Numbered from the stretch's first letter, positions 28,393-38,468 are shown. The stretch: 64,000 nucleotides of DNA from Thermoproteus sp. (GCA_049976425.1 JBMFIG010000001.1:32001-96000), one strand, 5' to 3'. The notes: generated from the sequence alone by a model not told the origin. Numbers and translations: made by a program.

Positions 28393-29685
28393 ATGGCCGA
28401 GGTAAGCCCTAGGCGGTACTGGTCGGCGGCAGTCTCGACTATGTTGATCTGGGGTCTTGAATACTACGACATAATACTGTTCTCGAGCCTTGCTACGGTT
28501 TTCCAGAAGCTGTTCTTTCCCGAGAAGACCCAGTTGCTGGCTGCCGTGACCACTTGGGGCGCCTTCGCCATTACCTATCTGGCGAGGCCTCTAGGCGCGG
28601 TTATCTTCGGCCATATAGGCGATAGGTACGGCAGGAGGACGTCGACTGTGCTCGACGCGCTTGCTGTGGGAGTGGCCGGGCTCGCCATAGGCCTTCTCCC
28701 GACGTACCAAGACATCGGCATAGCGGCCCCCATAGCCCTATATCTGCTGAGGACCGTGCAGGGGCTCGGTATAGGCGGCGAGGCCGGCGGCGGCGCCACT
28801 TGGGCCCTCGAGCTGACGCCGAAGAACATGCGGCCGTACGTCAACGGCGTTATGTACTCCGGCCTCTCTTGGGCGGTCTTCCTCACGTCGGCCATGACGT
28901 TGTGGGCCAAGAGCTTCTTCGGCACCGAGGGCTTCACGGCGGTCGGGTGGAGGGTCTTGTACATAGTTGGCGTGGTGCCCGCGCTCATAGCCTTGGCCAT
29001 AAGGGTCTTCGGGTCGGAGTCGCGCGAGTGGCTGGAGGCGGCGCGCAGAGGCAAGATAGTCAAAGCGCCTATAGCTAAAATATGGAGCTACTGGATTAAT
29101 TTTGTTATATTAATATTAATAAATCTAGGACTTACATTATATTACTATGGAGGATCTGGTTATTGGACATATATAATGCCGAATATAGTGGCGCCTAAGC
29201 TCGGCCTAAGTAAAGACCTTGCGTACAGCTTCTCGCTGGAGCTCACCATGTACGGCGGCCTCGGCGCTGTCGTAGGCGAGTTGCTGAGCGGTTTCCTGAT
29301 ATCGGCGGTGGGAGTGAGGCGCGCCTTCATTCCTCCCTCCCTCGGCCTCCTCGTAGTGGCGCCTCTCGCGGCATACCTCGCCTTCTCCCTAAATAGCTAC
29401 GCGGTTTACGCCTCCTTTGCGATGGGCCTATTCTTCGGCCTCGCCGCGGCGCCTCAGACCCTTTACTTCGTCGAGCTGTTCCCGACCGAGGTCAGATGGA
29501 CGGCGGTGTCGCTGGGCTGGAACATAAACGCGTTGCTAGGCCCTCTGGGCTCCCTCGCGGCCCTGCTCCTCATAATGGAGGCTCCGGCGTCTGTAGTTTC
29601 CATAGCGATATACGGCTCCCTGGTCGCTCTGGCCAGCGCCCTGCTTACGATAGCCGGAGCGCTCATAAGGCCGAGAAGCTATTAA
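28393..29685 (+). CDS. MFS transporter, metabolite:H+ symporter family
   Basis: EYYD, RPLGAVIFGHIGDRYGRR and QGLGIGGE. Confidence 0.9.
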   Translation: MAEVSPRRYWSAAVSTMLIWGLEYYDIILFSSLATVFQKLFFPEKTQLLAAVTTWGAFAITYLARPLGAVIFGHIGDRYGRRTSTVLDALAVGVAGLAIGLLPTYQDIGIAAPIALYLLRTVQGLGIGGEAGGGATWALELTPKNMRPYVNGVMYSGLSWAVFLTSAMTLWAKSFFGTEGFTAVGWRVLYIVGVVPALIALAIRVFGSESREWLEAARRGKIVKAPIAKIWSYWINFVILILINLGLTLYYYGGSGYWTYIMPNIVAPKLGLSKDLAYSFSLELTMYGGLGAVVGELLSGFLISAVGVRRAFIPPSLGLLVVAPLAAYLAFSLNSYAVYASFAMGLFFGLAAAPQTLYFVELFPTEVRWTAVSLGWNINALLGPLGSLAALLLIMEAPASVVSIAIYGSLVALASALLTIAGALIRPRSY

Positions 29686-29705
29686 TTAGAGCCCTATTTT
29701 TTCCA

Positions 29706-31052
29706 ATGAGGGATCTTAAGAGGAAATTCGGCGATAGGTTCGTAGACGATCCGGCCTTCCTTTCTCTCTACTCCCGCGAGGCCTCGTTCGAGGAGGCCTC
29801 GGCGAAGCCTCTAGGGGTGGTCTTCCCCACCTCCGAGGAGGAGGTTCTGTGGCTGGTCAGATGGGCCTACGAGACCGAGACGCCTATATTTTCCCAAGGC
29901 TCGGCCACGAGCCTCTCCGGCAACACCGTGGTGACTAGGCCGGGCATCGTGGTCAGCTTCGAGCGCATGAATAAAATCGTCGAGGTGGACCCCACGGACT
30001 CCTACGCAGTCGTCCAGCCCGGCTTGAGGCTGGAGGAGCTGAACGTGGAGCTGTCTAGGTACGGCGTGTTCTTCCCCGTAGATCCAGGCTCGGTGAGGTC
30101 GGCCACGGTAGGCGGCGCGATAGCCAACGGCGCCGGCGGGATGCGCGGCGCCAAGTACGGCACGATGAGGGATTGGGTGCTCGGGCTGAGGGCCGTCACG
30201 GGCAGGGGCGATCTCCTGGAGATGGGTTGCAGGACGCTTAAGTGCAGAAACGGCTACGACCTAGTCAGGCTCTTCGTGGGTAGCGAGGGCACGTTGGGCC
30301 TCGTCACCGAGGCCGTCCTGAGGATAGCCCCTATGCCTGAGTCCGCGGCGGCCGTCCTGGCCTATTATGACAGCCTTGAGACTTTGGTCGAGGACGTGGT
30401 GCGGGTTAGGTCGGCGAGGATATGGCCTCTATTCGCCGAGTTCCTAGGCCCGGCCGAGTCGAAGGAGGTGGGCCTCGAGGAGAGGTATACCCTTTTCTTG
30501 GGGGTGGACGTCAATAGAGGCGCCGAGAGGGACATGTTGGGTAGGCTTAAGGGGATCGTCAGAGGCGCCGTGGCTGAGGAGGCCGTTGGCCTAGACCGCT
30601 CGATGGAGTTGCTGGAGCCCCGCCGCAAACTGTTCAGCGCACAGGTGGCGTTGATGCAGAGGCAGTTGGGTAGCGAGGGGCTGTTGATAATAGAGGATAT
30701 AGTCGTGCCCGTCTCGAAGCTACCCGAGGCCGTCCGACGCGTGGTCGAGCTCGCGAATAGGATGGAGATCCCGCTCTCGCTGGGAGGGCACGTAGGCGAC
30801 GGCAACCTGCACCCCACTACGTGGTTCAGGAAAGGGGATCTAGAGGGCGCCAGGCGGGTAAGGGCCTTCATCGAGGGGATAGGGAAGATAGCGATAGGCC
30901 TGGGGGGTAGCGTCTCGGCGGAGCACGGCATAGGCACCTTGAAACGGGATCTGTTGAAGATGGAGCTGACGCCCACGGCGATAGAGTACATGAAGGCGCT
31001 CAAGTCGGTGTTCGACCCCAAGGGGATATTGAACCCCGGCAAGATATTATGA
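29706..31052 (+). CDS. FAD-linked oxidase, GlcD / D-lactate dehydrogenase family
   Basis: FPVDPGS, ATVGG, GSEGTLG, HVGDGNLH, AEHGIG and DPKGILNPGK. Confidence 0.92.
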   Translation: MRDLKRKFGDRFVDDPAFLSLYSREASFEEASAKPLGVVFPTSEEEVLWLVRWAYETETPIFSQGSATSLSGNTVVTRPGIVVSFERMNKIVEVDPTDSYAVVQPGLRLEELNVELSRYGVFFPVDPGSVRSATVGGAIANGAGGMRGAKYGTMRDWVLGLRAVTGRGDLLEMGCRTLKCRNGYDLVRLFVGSEGTLGLVTEAVLRIAPMPESAAAVLAYYDSLETLVEDVVRVRSARIWPLFAEFLGPAESKEVGLEERYTLFLGVDVNRGAERDMLGRLKGIVRGAVAEEAVGLDRSMELLEPRRKLFSAQVALMQRQLGSEGLLIIEDIVVPVSKLPEAVRRVVELANRMEIPLSLGGHVGDGNLHPTTWFRKGDLEGARRVRAFIEGIGKIAIGLGGSVSAEHGIGTLKRDLLKMELTPTAIEYMKALKSVFDPKGILNPGKIL

Positions 31053-32200
31053 CGGAGAAGTGGCAGGAGCTGTTCCGGAGAGCCGCCGAGGGGGCCCTGG
31101 CGCGCGTAGACGACGCGCTCAAGACGCACGGATATCTAAGGCAGTTAGCCGAGAGGGTCAGAGAGGCCCGCCTAGAGGTGCTGAACAATCTGGACTACTA
31201 CATAGAGGCCACCAAGAAGGCCGTCGAGAGCATAGGGGGGAGGGCCTACCTCGCGGATACCGCCGAAGACGCCAGAGAGATAGTGGGCAAGATAGTGGGC
31301 AGAGGCAAGGTGGTGGTGTTTGGGAAATCCAACACGGCGCTCGAGGTCGGGCTCAGGGAATATCTGGCCGAGATGGGCAACGAGGTATGGGAGACCGACC
31401 TAGGCGAGTTCATCGTGCAGATCGGCGACGATAAGCCCTCTAACATGATCACGCCTGCGCTACACCTCAGCAGAGGTGACGTGGCCAAGCTGTTCAGAGA
31501 GCGGCTGGGCCTAGACGTAGGCGACGACCCGTCGAAGCTGGCCACAGCCGCCGGGGACTTCCTTAGGGCTAAGTTCGCCAAGGCCGACGTGGGGATAACC
31601 GGGGCCAACGCGATCGCCGCAGATACCGGGGCCGTCGTGAATGTGGAAAATGAAGGCAACATACGTAAAGCGACTGTGATGCCCCCCGTCCACATAGTGG
31701 TGGCGGGCGTCGAGAAGATAGTGCCGACGCTGGTCGACGCGGTTAGCCAGGCGATCGTGCAGGCCGCATACCACGGGCTGTTTCCGCCTACATATCTCGA
31801 GGTGTCGGCAGGCCCCTCGTCCACCGGCGATATAGAGCTGGTGCGCGTGAGGCCTGCGCAGGGGCCTAGAGAATTCCACTTGGTCCTAGTGGACAACGGC
31901 AGGAGGGCGGCCGCGAAGGATCCCGTTATGAGAGAGGCGTTGTTGTGCATAAGATGCGTCCGGTGCGGCTTCGTGTGCCCCGTCTATAGGGCGGTGGGCC
32001 GCGAATTCGGCGACCCGCCGTACGTGGGACCTGTAGGCGTCATGTGGCTGGCGGTAACCCGCGGGATAGAAGCCGCCGGCCCCTCCGCCGTTAAGTGCGC
32101 CCATGCCGGCAACTGCAGAGAGGTATGTCCTATGAAGATAAATATACCAGAAATTATACATTATATAAAGTCGAGTTACCTAAGCAAGAAAACTAAATAA
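31049..32200 (+). CDS. LUD-domain Fe-S protein (LutB-like lactate utilization)
   Basis: ETDLGE, NEGN, GPSSTGDIE and CIRCVRCGFVCPV. Confidence 0.88.
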   Translation: MTEKWQELFRRAAEGALARVDDALKTHGYLRQLAERVREARLEVLNNLDYYIEATKKAVESIGGRAYLADTAEDAREIVGKIVGRGKVVVFGKSNTALEVGLREYLAEMGNEVWETDLGEFIVQIGDDKPSNMITPALHLSRGDVAKLFRERLGLDVGDDPSKLATAAGDFLRAKFAKADVGITGANAIAADTGAVVNVENEGNIRKATVMPPVHIVVAGVEKIVPTLVDAVSQAIVQAAYHGLFPPTYLEVSAGPSSTGDIELVRVRPAQGPREFHLVLVDNGRRAAAKDPVMREALLCIRCVRCGFVCPVYRAVGREFGDPPYVGPVGVMWLAVTRGIEAAGPSAVKCAHAGNCREVCPMKINIPEIIHYIKSSYLSKKTK

Positions 32201-32258
32201 GTCTAGAGAAGACAAATCGTCGGCGGAGTGTTTAAATATAGGGGAGCTAAGGAGGTAT

Positions 32259-32678
32259 ATGGTAGGCGAGATCTCTATAGAGCAGGCGATTCTTTTAGGC
32301 ATCATCGTGGTCATAGCAGTCGCGGTCGGCTGGTACATGTACACGACGTTTATAGCGTCGGTCCAGTCCGGCAGCAAGATACTCATATCGCAGGCGACGA
32401 TAGACCCCTCGGGCAACCTACAGCTGGTGCTCTCCAATACAGGTCCGGCGTCTGTTGCGGTCATAATAGGGGTCTATATCGGCAACACGCCCTGCACCCC
32501 TACGTCGGCCACAGGTCCTGCGAGCATCAGCGGTACTAAAGTATCCGTGAGCACCGGCGGCGCGGCAACTCTGACCTACAGCTGTAAGGGCTTCTCCGGA
32601 GTGCCCGGCACAACGGCACAAGGATACCTGGTGCTCTCGACAGGCGCTACGTTTCCTTTCACCGCCTCAGTGACCTAG
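32259..32678 (+). CDS. type IV pilin, Pyrobaculum-type
   Basis: G|EISIEQAILLGIIVVIAVAVGWYMYTTF N-terminal helix, Ser/Thr-rich beta domain, GYLVLSTGATFPFTASV end; GGAGGT RBS. Confidence 0.8.
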   Translation: MVGEISIEQAILLGIIVVIAVAVGWYMYTTFIASVQSGSKILISQATIDPSGNLQLVLSNTGPASVAVIIGVYIGNTPCTPTSATGPASISGTKVSVSTGGAATLTYSCKGFSGVPGTTAQGYLVLSTGATFPFTASVT

Positions 32679-32683
32679 CCCTT

Positions 32684-33088
32684 TTAGCTTGAATGCGAGA
32701 ATTTCTTGGCCGAACCGCGCGCCGCCTCGACTATCTCAAGGGCAAGCGGCATATAATCGGCGAGCTCGCCTAACGTGCCTTTTTCAATCTTCAGTTTGCC
32801 CAGAGGCACGGCCGCAAAGGGCGACAGTCTGCCTTCCATTATCCCTAGGAGGTCTTCGTACCTAGCCGAGAGCGTGTACCTAGAGATTATCTTCCCCTGG
32901 AGCAGTCTCGCCTCTATACAACGCCCGTCCTCGAACCTGAAGTAGAGAGTTATGTGGCCGCTGGGTTCCCAAGGCACCTCGGTCGCCACTATGGAGAGCT
33001 CCGGCGGGGCTTTTTCTGCAGATATGCTTCTGCAGACCTCGGCCAGCCAATCCTGGGTTGGCCTAAACGCCGAGCTGTTTGAGGGCAT
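32684..33088 (-). CDS. SCP2 sterol/lipid carrier domain protein
   Basis: FRPTQDW...LYFRFEDGRC...YEDLLGIMEGRLSPFAAVPLGKLKIEKG. Confidence 0.7.
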   Translation of the reverse strand: MPSNSSAFRPTQDWLAEVCRSISAEKAPPELSIVATEVPWEPSGHITLYFRFEDGRCIEARLLQGKIISRYTLSARYEDLLGIMEGRLSPFAAVPLGKLKIEKGTLGELADYMPLALEIVEAARGSAKKFSHSS

Positions 33089-34226
33089 ATCTGGCGGCCT
33101 CCTCGGCGTTCTCGGCCTTCACGACGGCCATGAAGCCGGATTGGTGTTTGAAGATCACCGCGTCTCCTGACAGCTTCCTGAAGTCTATCCTGTCCTTATG
33201 TCTGTCGGGCCTCCAGAGGGAGTAGGCGCCCGGATTTCTGACGTCCTTGACCACGACTATGACCGGCTCGTCCTCCCTCAACAGAGAGAGGTCCAGCAAC
33301 GCGTTCCAGAGAGCTGTCGGCGGGACGTTGTCGTCGACCGCCACGGCCCTTATGCCGCCCTCGACTACGGCATAGCGCCTGCCCTCGACGGTCCTTATGG
33401 CTCTTATACTGTCGTCGAAGTATTTGGCCAAGCCCTTGGCGACATACTCGGCGAGCTGGGGCACGGCCAGCACGGCGTGCGCGGCGAAGTCGACGCCGAA
33501 ACCCACCTTTTGGGCCTCTTGGCTCAACGAGGTCGAGACCACGTCGTTGGCCGCCTGTCTCATGAGCCTCAGCTGGGCCAGAGTCCTCGGGAACCTCTCG
33601 GCGTCTACGTCTATGGACTGCGCTATGGAGTAGGCTTTGGAATAGTCGGAGAAGTCCTCCACGTCGAAGTCGGCGACTGCGGCCTCGGCCACCAGCTCGA
33701 GGAACTTGACGTCGTCGTATTTCCCCCTTGACGTCATCCCGAAGTAGGCGGATAGCCCTTGGTTGAGAGACGCGCCGTAGATCCCAAGCCACTTCTTGGC
33801 CGCTATGGCGCCGAACCTATCCACCAAATCGGCCGCCGTAAACAACATGGATACGCGGGGCCTAGGCCTCATCCCCAAGGCCTCGACGGTCTGCATAAGG
33901 GACGACGGGAGCTCGACGTACTCCGGCTCGCCGTTTGGGGCATGGTGGTCAAGCACGGCGACAGCGCCGGCGGACTTGAGCTGGTCGTAGTGCCTATAGC
34001 CTACATCTGCGTATATGACCGGCATCCCCCCGCGGGCTATCTCTAACAGTTCGTCGGCCTGGCCCAGTCTGTAGACCTCCTCCGCACCAGCTCTGTACAA
34101 CAACGCCGCCGCTATGGTGTCGTCTGCATGCGCTGTGCCGTTGTGGACCACCACTCTAAAACGGCGGCTCGCGATTATTGTCCTAGCCGTCTCGACCTCC
34201 CTCCGGTACCTCTCTATTATGTCCAC
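33063..34226 (-). CDS. MYG1-family (DHH-like) exonuclease/phosphoesterase
   Basis: VVHNGTAHADD, ADVG, LDHH and C-terminal IFKHQSGFMAVV. Confidence 0.75.
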   Translation of the reverse strand: MDIIERYRREVETARTIIASRRFRVVVHNGTAHADDTIAAALLYRAGAEEVYRLGQADELLEIARGGMPVIYADVGYRHYDQLKSAGAVAVLDHHAPNGEPEYVELPSSLMQTVEALGMRPRPRVSMLFTAADLVDRFGAIAAKKWLGIYGASLNQGLSAYFGMTSRGKYDDVKFLELVAEAAVADFDVEDFSDYSKAYSIAQSIDVDAERFPRTLAQLRLMRQAANDVVSTSLSQEAQKVGFGVDFAAHAVLAVPQLAEYVAKGLAKYFDDSIRAIRTVEGRRYAVVEGGIRAVAVDDNVPPTALWNALLDLSLLREDEPVIVVVKDVRNPGAYSLWRPDRHKDRIDFRKLSGDAVIFKHQSGFMAVVKAENAEEAARYALKQLGV

Positions 34227-34246
34227 GCGCTAAAACGGCCCTATAT

Positions 34247-34549
34247 TTAAGTCTCCTCGATCCCGAACGTCTGCATCTTCTTTAACTCCTCGAGCACCTC
34301 CCCCAGCCTAGCCATTACGTCTAGGTGGTTCTGTTTGATGACTGGGGGCAACTCGTTGAGCCTCTGGATGCCTCTGGCCAGCTCATCCAGGGAGTTCCTG
34401 ATGTCGTCGAGCTTGGCTGAGATCAGATAGAGAGAGGCTATGAGGAGCTCGTCGGCGCTTACCTTCTTGTTCTTGTTCAGCTTGTCGATGACGGGGGTAG
34501 CCGCGCTCCTTACAAGAGCATCGAGCTTGGCCCGCAACGCCTCGTCCAT
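34247..34549 (-). CDS. hypothetical coiled-coil protein
   Basis: 100-aa helical ORF with TATA box upstream. Confidence 0.65.
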   Translation of the reverse strand: MDEALRAKLDALVRSAATPVIDKLNKNKKVSADELLIASLYLISAKLDDIRNSLDELARGIQRLNELPPVIKQNHLDVMARLGEVLEELKKMQTFGIEET

Positions 34550-34611
34550 AGGATGTTACTTCAGTTGAAATTTATAACCATTCACTATTTTAGGCGGTAT
34601 GCGTACCGCGG

Positions 34612-35361
34612 TTACCTGACATCTAGCTCCACGCGGCGCCTCAACACGTCGATGACATCTCTCCTGATAGGTCCCTTGAGGCTTTTCCTGTAGATCACGA
34701 CTTTCTTAGGCGCTACTACGTGTTTGGCGAGGGCCCTCAGCGCCAGATCGGCCGTCGCCACGTCCTTGTGTATTATATGGCCGACGTCCATCGCGCCGTT
34801 TAGGACCTCGGAGGTGAGGAGGGAGTAGTGGAGATCGCCCACCGACATGACGGGCTGGGCCTCGGCCCTATCGCCGAACTGTGGGAGCTCTCCGAGTGCA
34901 GACGCCAGGGCCCTCAAGGCCCTTGGATCTCCCCATTCCCTCTCGGTGCTCCCTACCTCTATAAAGGTCACGCTTATCTCCTCTGTGTTGGGCGCGTGGT
35001 GCGTGGCCTCCAGAGCGCAGTCGAAGCCCTCCGGCTTTTCCGAACAGATCCTCCTGAAGAGCCAGGACTTGAGCGAGGCGTGCGCCACCGAGAGCGACGG
35101 GGCGACGCCCGGCGTGTGGGCGGTCAGCATAGGCCTCGGCCTCGCCATCTCGTGGCGAGACGGCACCACCAGATGCGACACGCCCAGCCTCCTCAGCTCG
35201 TCTTCGGGAGGCGGCTCGACGGAATCCCCGTCGTAGAACAACACGAGCAAGTCCCCCAACCTCGCCGTCGATAGGTAGGAGGCGCCGGGAGATCCGGCCA
35301 GCCCGAGCTCCCTCGCCACGCCCTTGGCGACGGGATCTCTGGATATGGCTACTGCTATCAC
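34612..35361 (-). CDS. dtdA: D-aminoacyl-tRNA deacylase (archaeal DtdA/DTD2)
   Basis: SRHE...LTAHTPG, EATHHAP and FIEVGSTEREW. Confidence 0.88.
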   Translation of the reverse strand: MIAVAISRDPVAKGVARELGLAGSPGASYLSTARLGDLLVLFYDGDSVEPPPEDELRRLGVSHLVVPSRHEMARPRPMLTAHTPGVAPSLSVAHASLKSWLFRRICSEKPEGFDCALEATHHAPNTEEISVTFIEVGSTEREWGDPRALRALASALGELPQFGDRAEAQPVMSVGDLHYSLLTSEVLNGAMDVGHIIHKDVATADLALRALAKHVVAPKKVVIYRKSLKGPIRRDVIDVLRRRVELDVR

Positions 35362-36329
35362 GGGGTCAAGACGGCTCTCCCTAGCACTCTACCCGCCTCC
35401 ATGTCCTCGTGCGCCTTCACGGCCTCGGAGAGCTTGTACTCGGTGTATACCGGGGCGATCAAGCCTCGCCTCAGGAGATCCAAGCCCTCGTAGACGTCCC
35501 ACGGCTTGTAGGCCATGTGGCCCAAGACGGCTATCTGCCTCAATATTATGAGGGCTGGGCTGAGGTACGCCCTCTCGCCGGTCACGTTTCCTATGAGGAC
35601 CACCACGCCGTTTCTTTTGGCAAGCCTTATGGAGGTCTCTATAGTGGGCGAGCCTGCCGTGTCGAAGACAACGTCGAAGTCCTTCATGCCTTCCTGGTAT
35701 ATCCCTATGCCGAGAGAGACGTATGCCTTAGCCTTGTCGGCCGACCTAGTGGATATGTATACCTCGGCTCCTCTGAGCTTGGCCACTTGGGCCAGATAGA
35801 GCCCGGTCCCCCCGCCGCCGACTACCAAGACCTTTCTGCCGTCGACGTCTACCCTTCTGACCGCGGCTATGGCCGTCGGTATCACGTCGGTGGCCAGCAC
35901 CGCGGCGCGGGGATCGACGCCGTGGAACGGATAGACGAAGTTGGAGGGGAGCACCACGTACTCCGAGTACGTCCCGTCTCTATGCTCGCCCAAATACTGC
36001 GCGTTTCTGCAGAGGTTCTCGAGGCCTCTCCGGCAATAGTCGCAAGTCCCGTCGTACATGGCGGGGGCCACAAACACCCTCTGTCCCACAAGATCCCTAT
36101 CGACGCCCGGCCCCACGTCCACGACCTTGCCGACGCCCTCGTGGCCTGGTATCACGGGGAGCCTCACGTGTGGAAAGGCCCCCTTCCGCACGACGAGATC
36201 CCTCCCGCAGACGCCCGCGGCCTCTACCTTCACCAACACCTCCCCCTTGCCGGGCCTCGGATCCTCGAGGTCCTCCAGCCGCAACGCCTCAGAAGGCTTG
36301 CCGAACCTAACAAGCCTAACGGCTCTCAT
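35358..36329 (-). CDS. zinc-dependent alcohol dehydrogenase family
   Basis: GVCGRD, PGHEG and DGTCDYCRRGLENLC. Confidence 0.9.
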   Translation of the reverse strand: MRAVRLVRFGKPSEALRLEDLEDPRPGKGEVLVKVEAAGVCGRDLVVRKGAFPHVRLPVIPGHEGVGKVVDVGPGVDRDLVGQRVFVAPAMYDGTCDYCRRGLENLCRNAQYLGEHRDGTYSEYVVLPSNFVYPFHGVDPRAAVLATDVIPTAIAAVRRVDVDGRKVLVVGGGGTGLYLAQVAKLRGAEVYISTRSADKAKAYVSLGIGIYQEGMKDFDVVFDTAGSPTIETSIRLAKRNGVVVLIGNVTGERAYLSPALIILRQIAVLGHMAYKPWDVYEGLDLLRRGLIAPVYTEYKLSEAVKAHEDMEAGRVLGRAVLTP

Positions 36330-37278
36330 ATCGCGCGCCGGAGCCGTTACAGGTACAGCTCCTCTCGGCCTTGGCTCTGGCGAGGGCCTCGGAGGGCGGC
36401 AAGCCCTCGGCCACGTACTTCTCGAAGTCGTACTCTGTCGTGTACCCCATTATCCTCAACTCCAGAGCCGCTTTTAATATATTCCAGTCGTGCTTGTAGA
36501 TCAAGGCCGCTATCTCGTTAATCGCGATGACGGCGCTTGGCTTGAAACGGAGAAAGACGGGCGTGAACACGTCGATGTACGCGCTTCTCGAACCGCCCCT
36601 GATGGCGACCTCGCCGAACTCGCCTCTAAGGGCCCTTAGTATATTCCGGGAAGCCTCGGTGACGCATTTAGAGGTGAGCTCGGCGAGGATTCCGGAGTCG
36701 GAGGGGTCTAAGGCGTAGTATCCCAGAAAGCCGCCGTTGGCCAAAACAGTAGAAACCCGGTTGACCAAATAGTCTCTGCTCAGCTCCCCGTCGGCGCCGA
36801 GGCCCACGACGGCGACCTCCACATCGACGCCGAGGTCCTCGGCCCTCTTCAACACGGCGAGCGAGTACGAGTCGGCCAGCGGCGAGTGTAGCTCGGGCTC
36901 GCAACCGCAGGCAAGCACGTCGCCGCCCACGTCGACCCCCGTTATCTTGTCGAACCTAGACGCCAGAGCCTCGGCGACGAGGCTTGGAGGCGCGTCGGGC
37001 GAGATCGCATATACCCGCCGCCCTAATACGGGCGACACGCAGGCGCCCTGCGGCGTTATTGTCCTGCCGCGCCTGACCGCGCGGGCATCGGGCCCTATGA
37101 GGAATAGAGGGTTGTCGCCCTCGGCGCCGAGGAAATCCTTGCGGAGGAGGGGCCCCGGCTCTGGGTCGACGACGTAGCGCTCCCAGGGCAACAGCCCGGC
37201 CTCAGCCCCCAGCTTAACTGCCAGGACAGCTGCGCTTACGATATCCCCTCCGCCGCCTATGGCGAGGACAAGCCTCAT
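36316..37278 (-). CDS. DUF1152 family protein
   Basis: AIGGGGD, VDVGGD, SPLAD and GADGEL. Confidence 0.8.
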   Translation of the reverse strand: MRLVLAIGGGGDIVSAAVLAVKLGAEAGLLPWERYVVDPEPGPLLRKDFLGAEGDNPLFLIGPDARAVRRGRTITPQGACVSPVLGRRVYAISPDAPPSLVAEALASRFDKITGVDVGGDVLACGCEPELHSPLADSYSLAVLKRAEDLGVDVEVAVVGLGADGELSRDYLVNRVSTVLANGGFLGYYALDPSDSGILAELTSKCVTEASRNILRALRGEFGEVAIRGGSRSAYIDVFTPVFLRFKPSAVIAINEIAALIYKHDWNILKAALELRIMGYTTEYDFEKYVAEGLPPSEALARAKAERSCTCNGSGARYESR

Positions 37279-38468
37279 CTAAGCCCTCTGAGGAGCTCCA
37301 CGTAGGCCTTGGCCACGTCGACGACTTGCCCGATCTCCACGTACTCGTCGGGCGCGTGCGCGGTGAACTCGGGCCCGGGCCCGTAAGTCACTGTGGGTAT
37401 GCCGCGCCTTATGAAGAACCTGGCGTCTAGGCCGCCGATACACACCGTCTTCCTCGGAGGCCTCCCAAGCGCCTTCGCCACGGCCCCCTCGAGCGCCCTC
37501 GTCAGCGGGTGGTCCGGCGGCACCACCGCGGCCTCGGATTGGTTTATCACCTTCACCTCGACCCTGTGGTCCAGCCCCGCCGCGGCGCTCTTTATGAACT
37601 CCTCCACCTCCTTCTTGACCTCCTCGACGGTCTCCTCCGGTATTAGGCGTCTGTCGAGCGTGAAGGCGAAGTAGCCGGGGACCACGTTGGCCTTGACGGA
37701 TCCCCTCACCTCGCCCCCCATGGTGAGGGTGGGCACGGCGCCTCTGGGATCCTCGAACTCGTACCTGCTCCGCTTGGCGGAGAGCCTCGGGATATAGCTC
37801 TCCAAGATCTTGTTAGCTATCTTCACGGCGCCCTCGAAGGCGTTGAGCCCCAGCCACGGCGTCGAGCCGTGGACCTGTTTACCGTAGACCTCTACCAAGA
37901 ACCAGACGAGGCCTCTATGGCCTATCCAGATGTTGTCTACGCCCGAGCCCTCTGCTATGATCACCCAAGGCGCCTTGACCTTGCCCGATTCGGCCAGATA
38001 GCCGGCCCCCGACTCGCCGCCTATCTCCTCGTCGGGCACGAACGACACCTCGAAGTTCTTCAACCCCTCCCTTATCGCCACTTCGGCGGCTAGGGCTATC
38101 GCGGTCAATCCCCCCTTCATGTCCACGGCGCCCCTCCCGTACAGCCTCCCGTTGACGTAGCGGGGCTCAAAGGGCTTGGTGACGGTCCAGGCGGGCTCGG
38201 GGCCCGGGGGCACCACGTCGTAGTGGCCGTTGAAGTGCACCTTGGGCTCGCCTATTCTGGCGAGGAGGATATATCTTGGATAGTCGACGCATTCGGGACA
38301 GGCTCTAGCCACGACGGGCTTAGGCACCTCTATCACCTCGACGTCCATGCCGAGCCCCTTGAAGTACCTCTCGGCGAAATCGACAAAGTCCTTGTACCTC
38401 TCCCCGGGCGGGTTTATAGTCGGTATCCTGACCATTTGGGACAGCAGTTCGACGGCTTTGTTCTCCAT
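37275..38468 (-). CDS. M20 family metallopeptidase (ArgE/DapE-like)
   Basis: FNGHYDVVP, GRGAVDMKG, DEE and AHAPDE. Confidence 0.92.
   Translation of the reverse strand: MENKAVELLSQMVRIPTINPPGERYKDFVDFAERYFKGLGMDVEVIEVPKPVVARACPECVDYPRYILLARIGEPKVHFNGHYDVVPPGPEPAWTVTKPFEPRYVNGRLYGRGAVDMKGGLTAIALAAEVAIREGLKNFEVSFVPDEEIGGESGAGYLAESGKVKAPWVIIAEGSGVDNIWIGHRGLVWFLVEVYGKQVHGSTPWLGLNAFEGAVKIANKILESYIPRLSAKRSRYEFEDPRGAVPTLTMGGEVRGSVKANVVPGYFAFTLDRRLIPEETVEEVKKEVEEFIKSAAAGLDHRVEVKVINQSEAAVVPPDHPLTRALEGAVAKALGRPPRKTVCIGGLDARFFIRRGIPTVTYGPGPEFTAHAPDEYVEIGQVVDVAKAYVELLRGLR

Noticed and set aside
35409-36521. 370-aa plus-strand ORF
   Set aside because: It lies antisense to the clear alcohol dehydrogenase and DUF1152 genes and has no motifs; a GC-rich shadow ORF.
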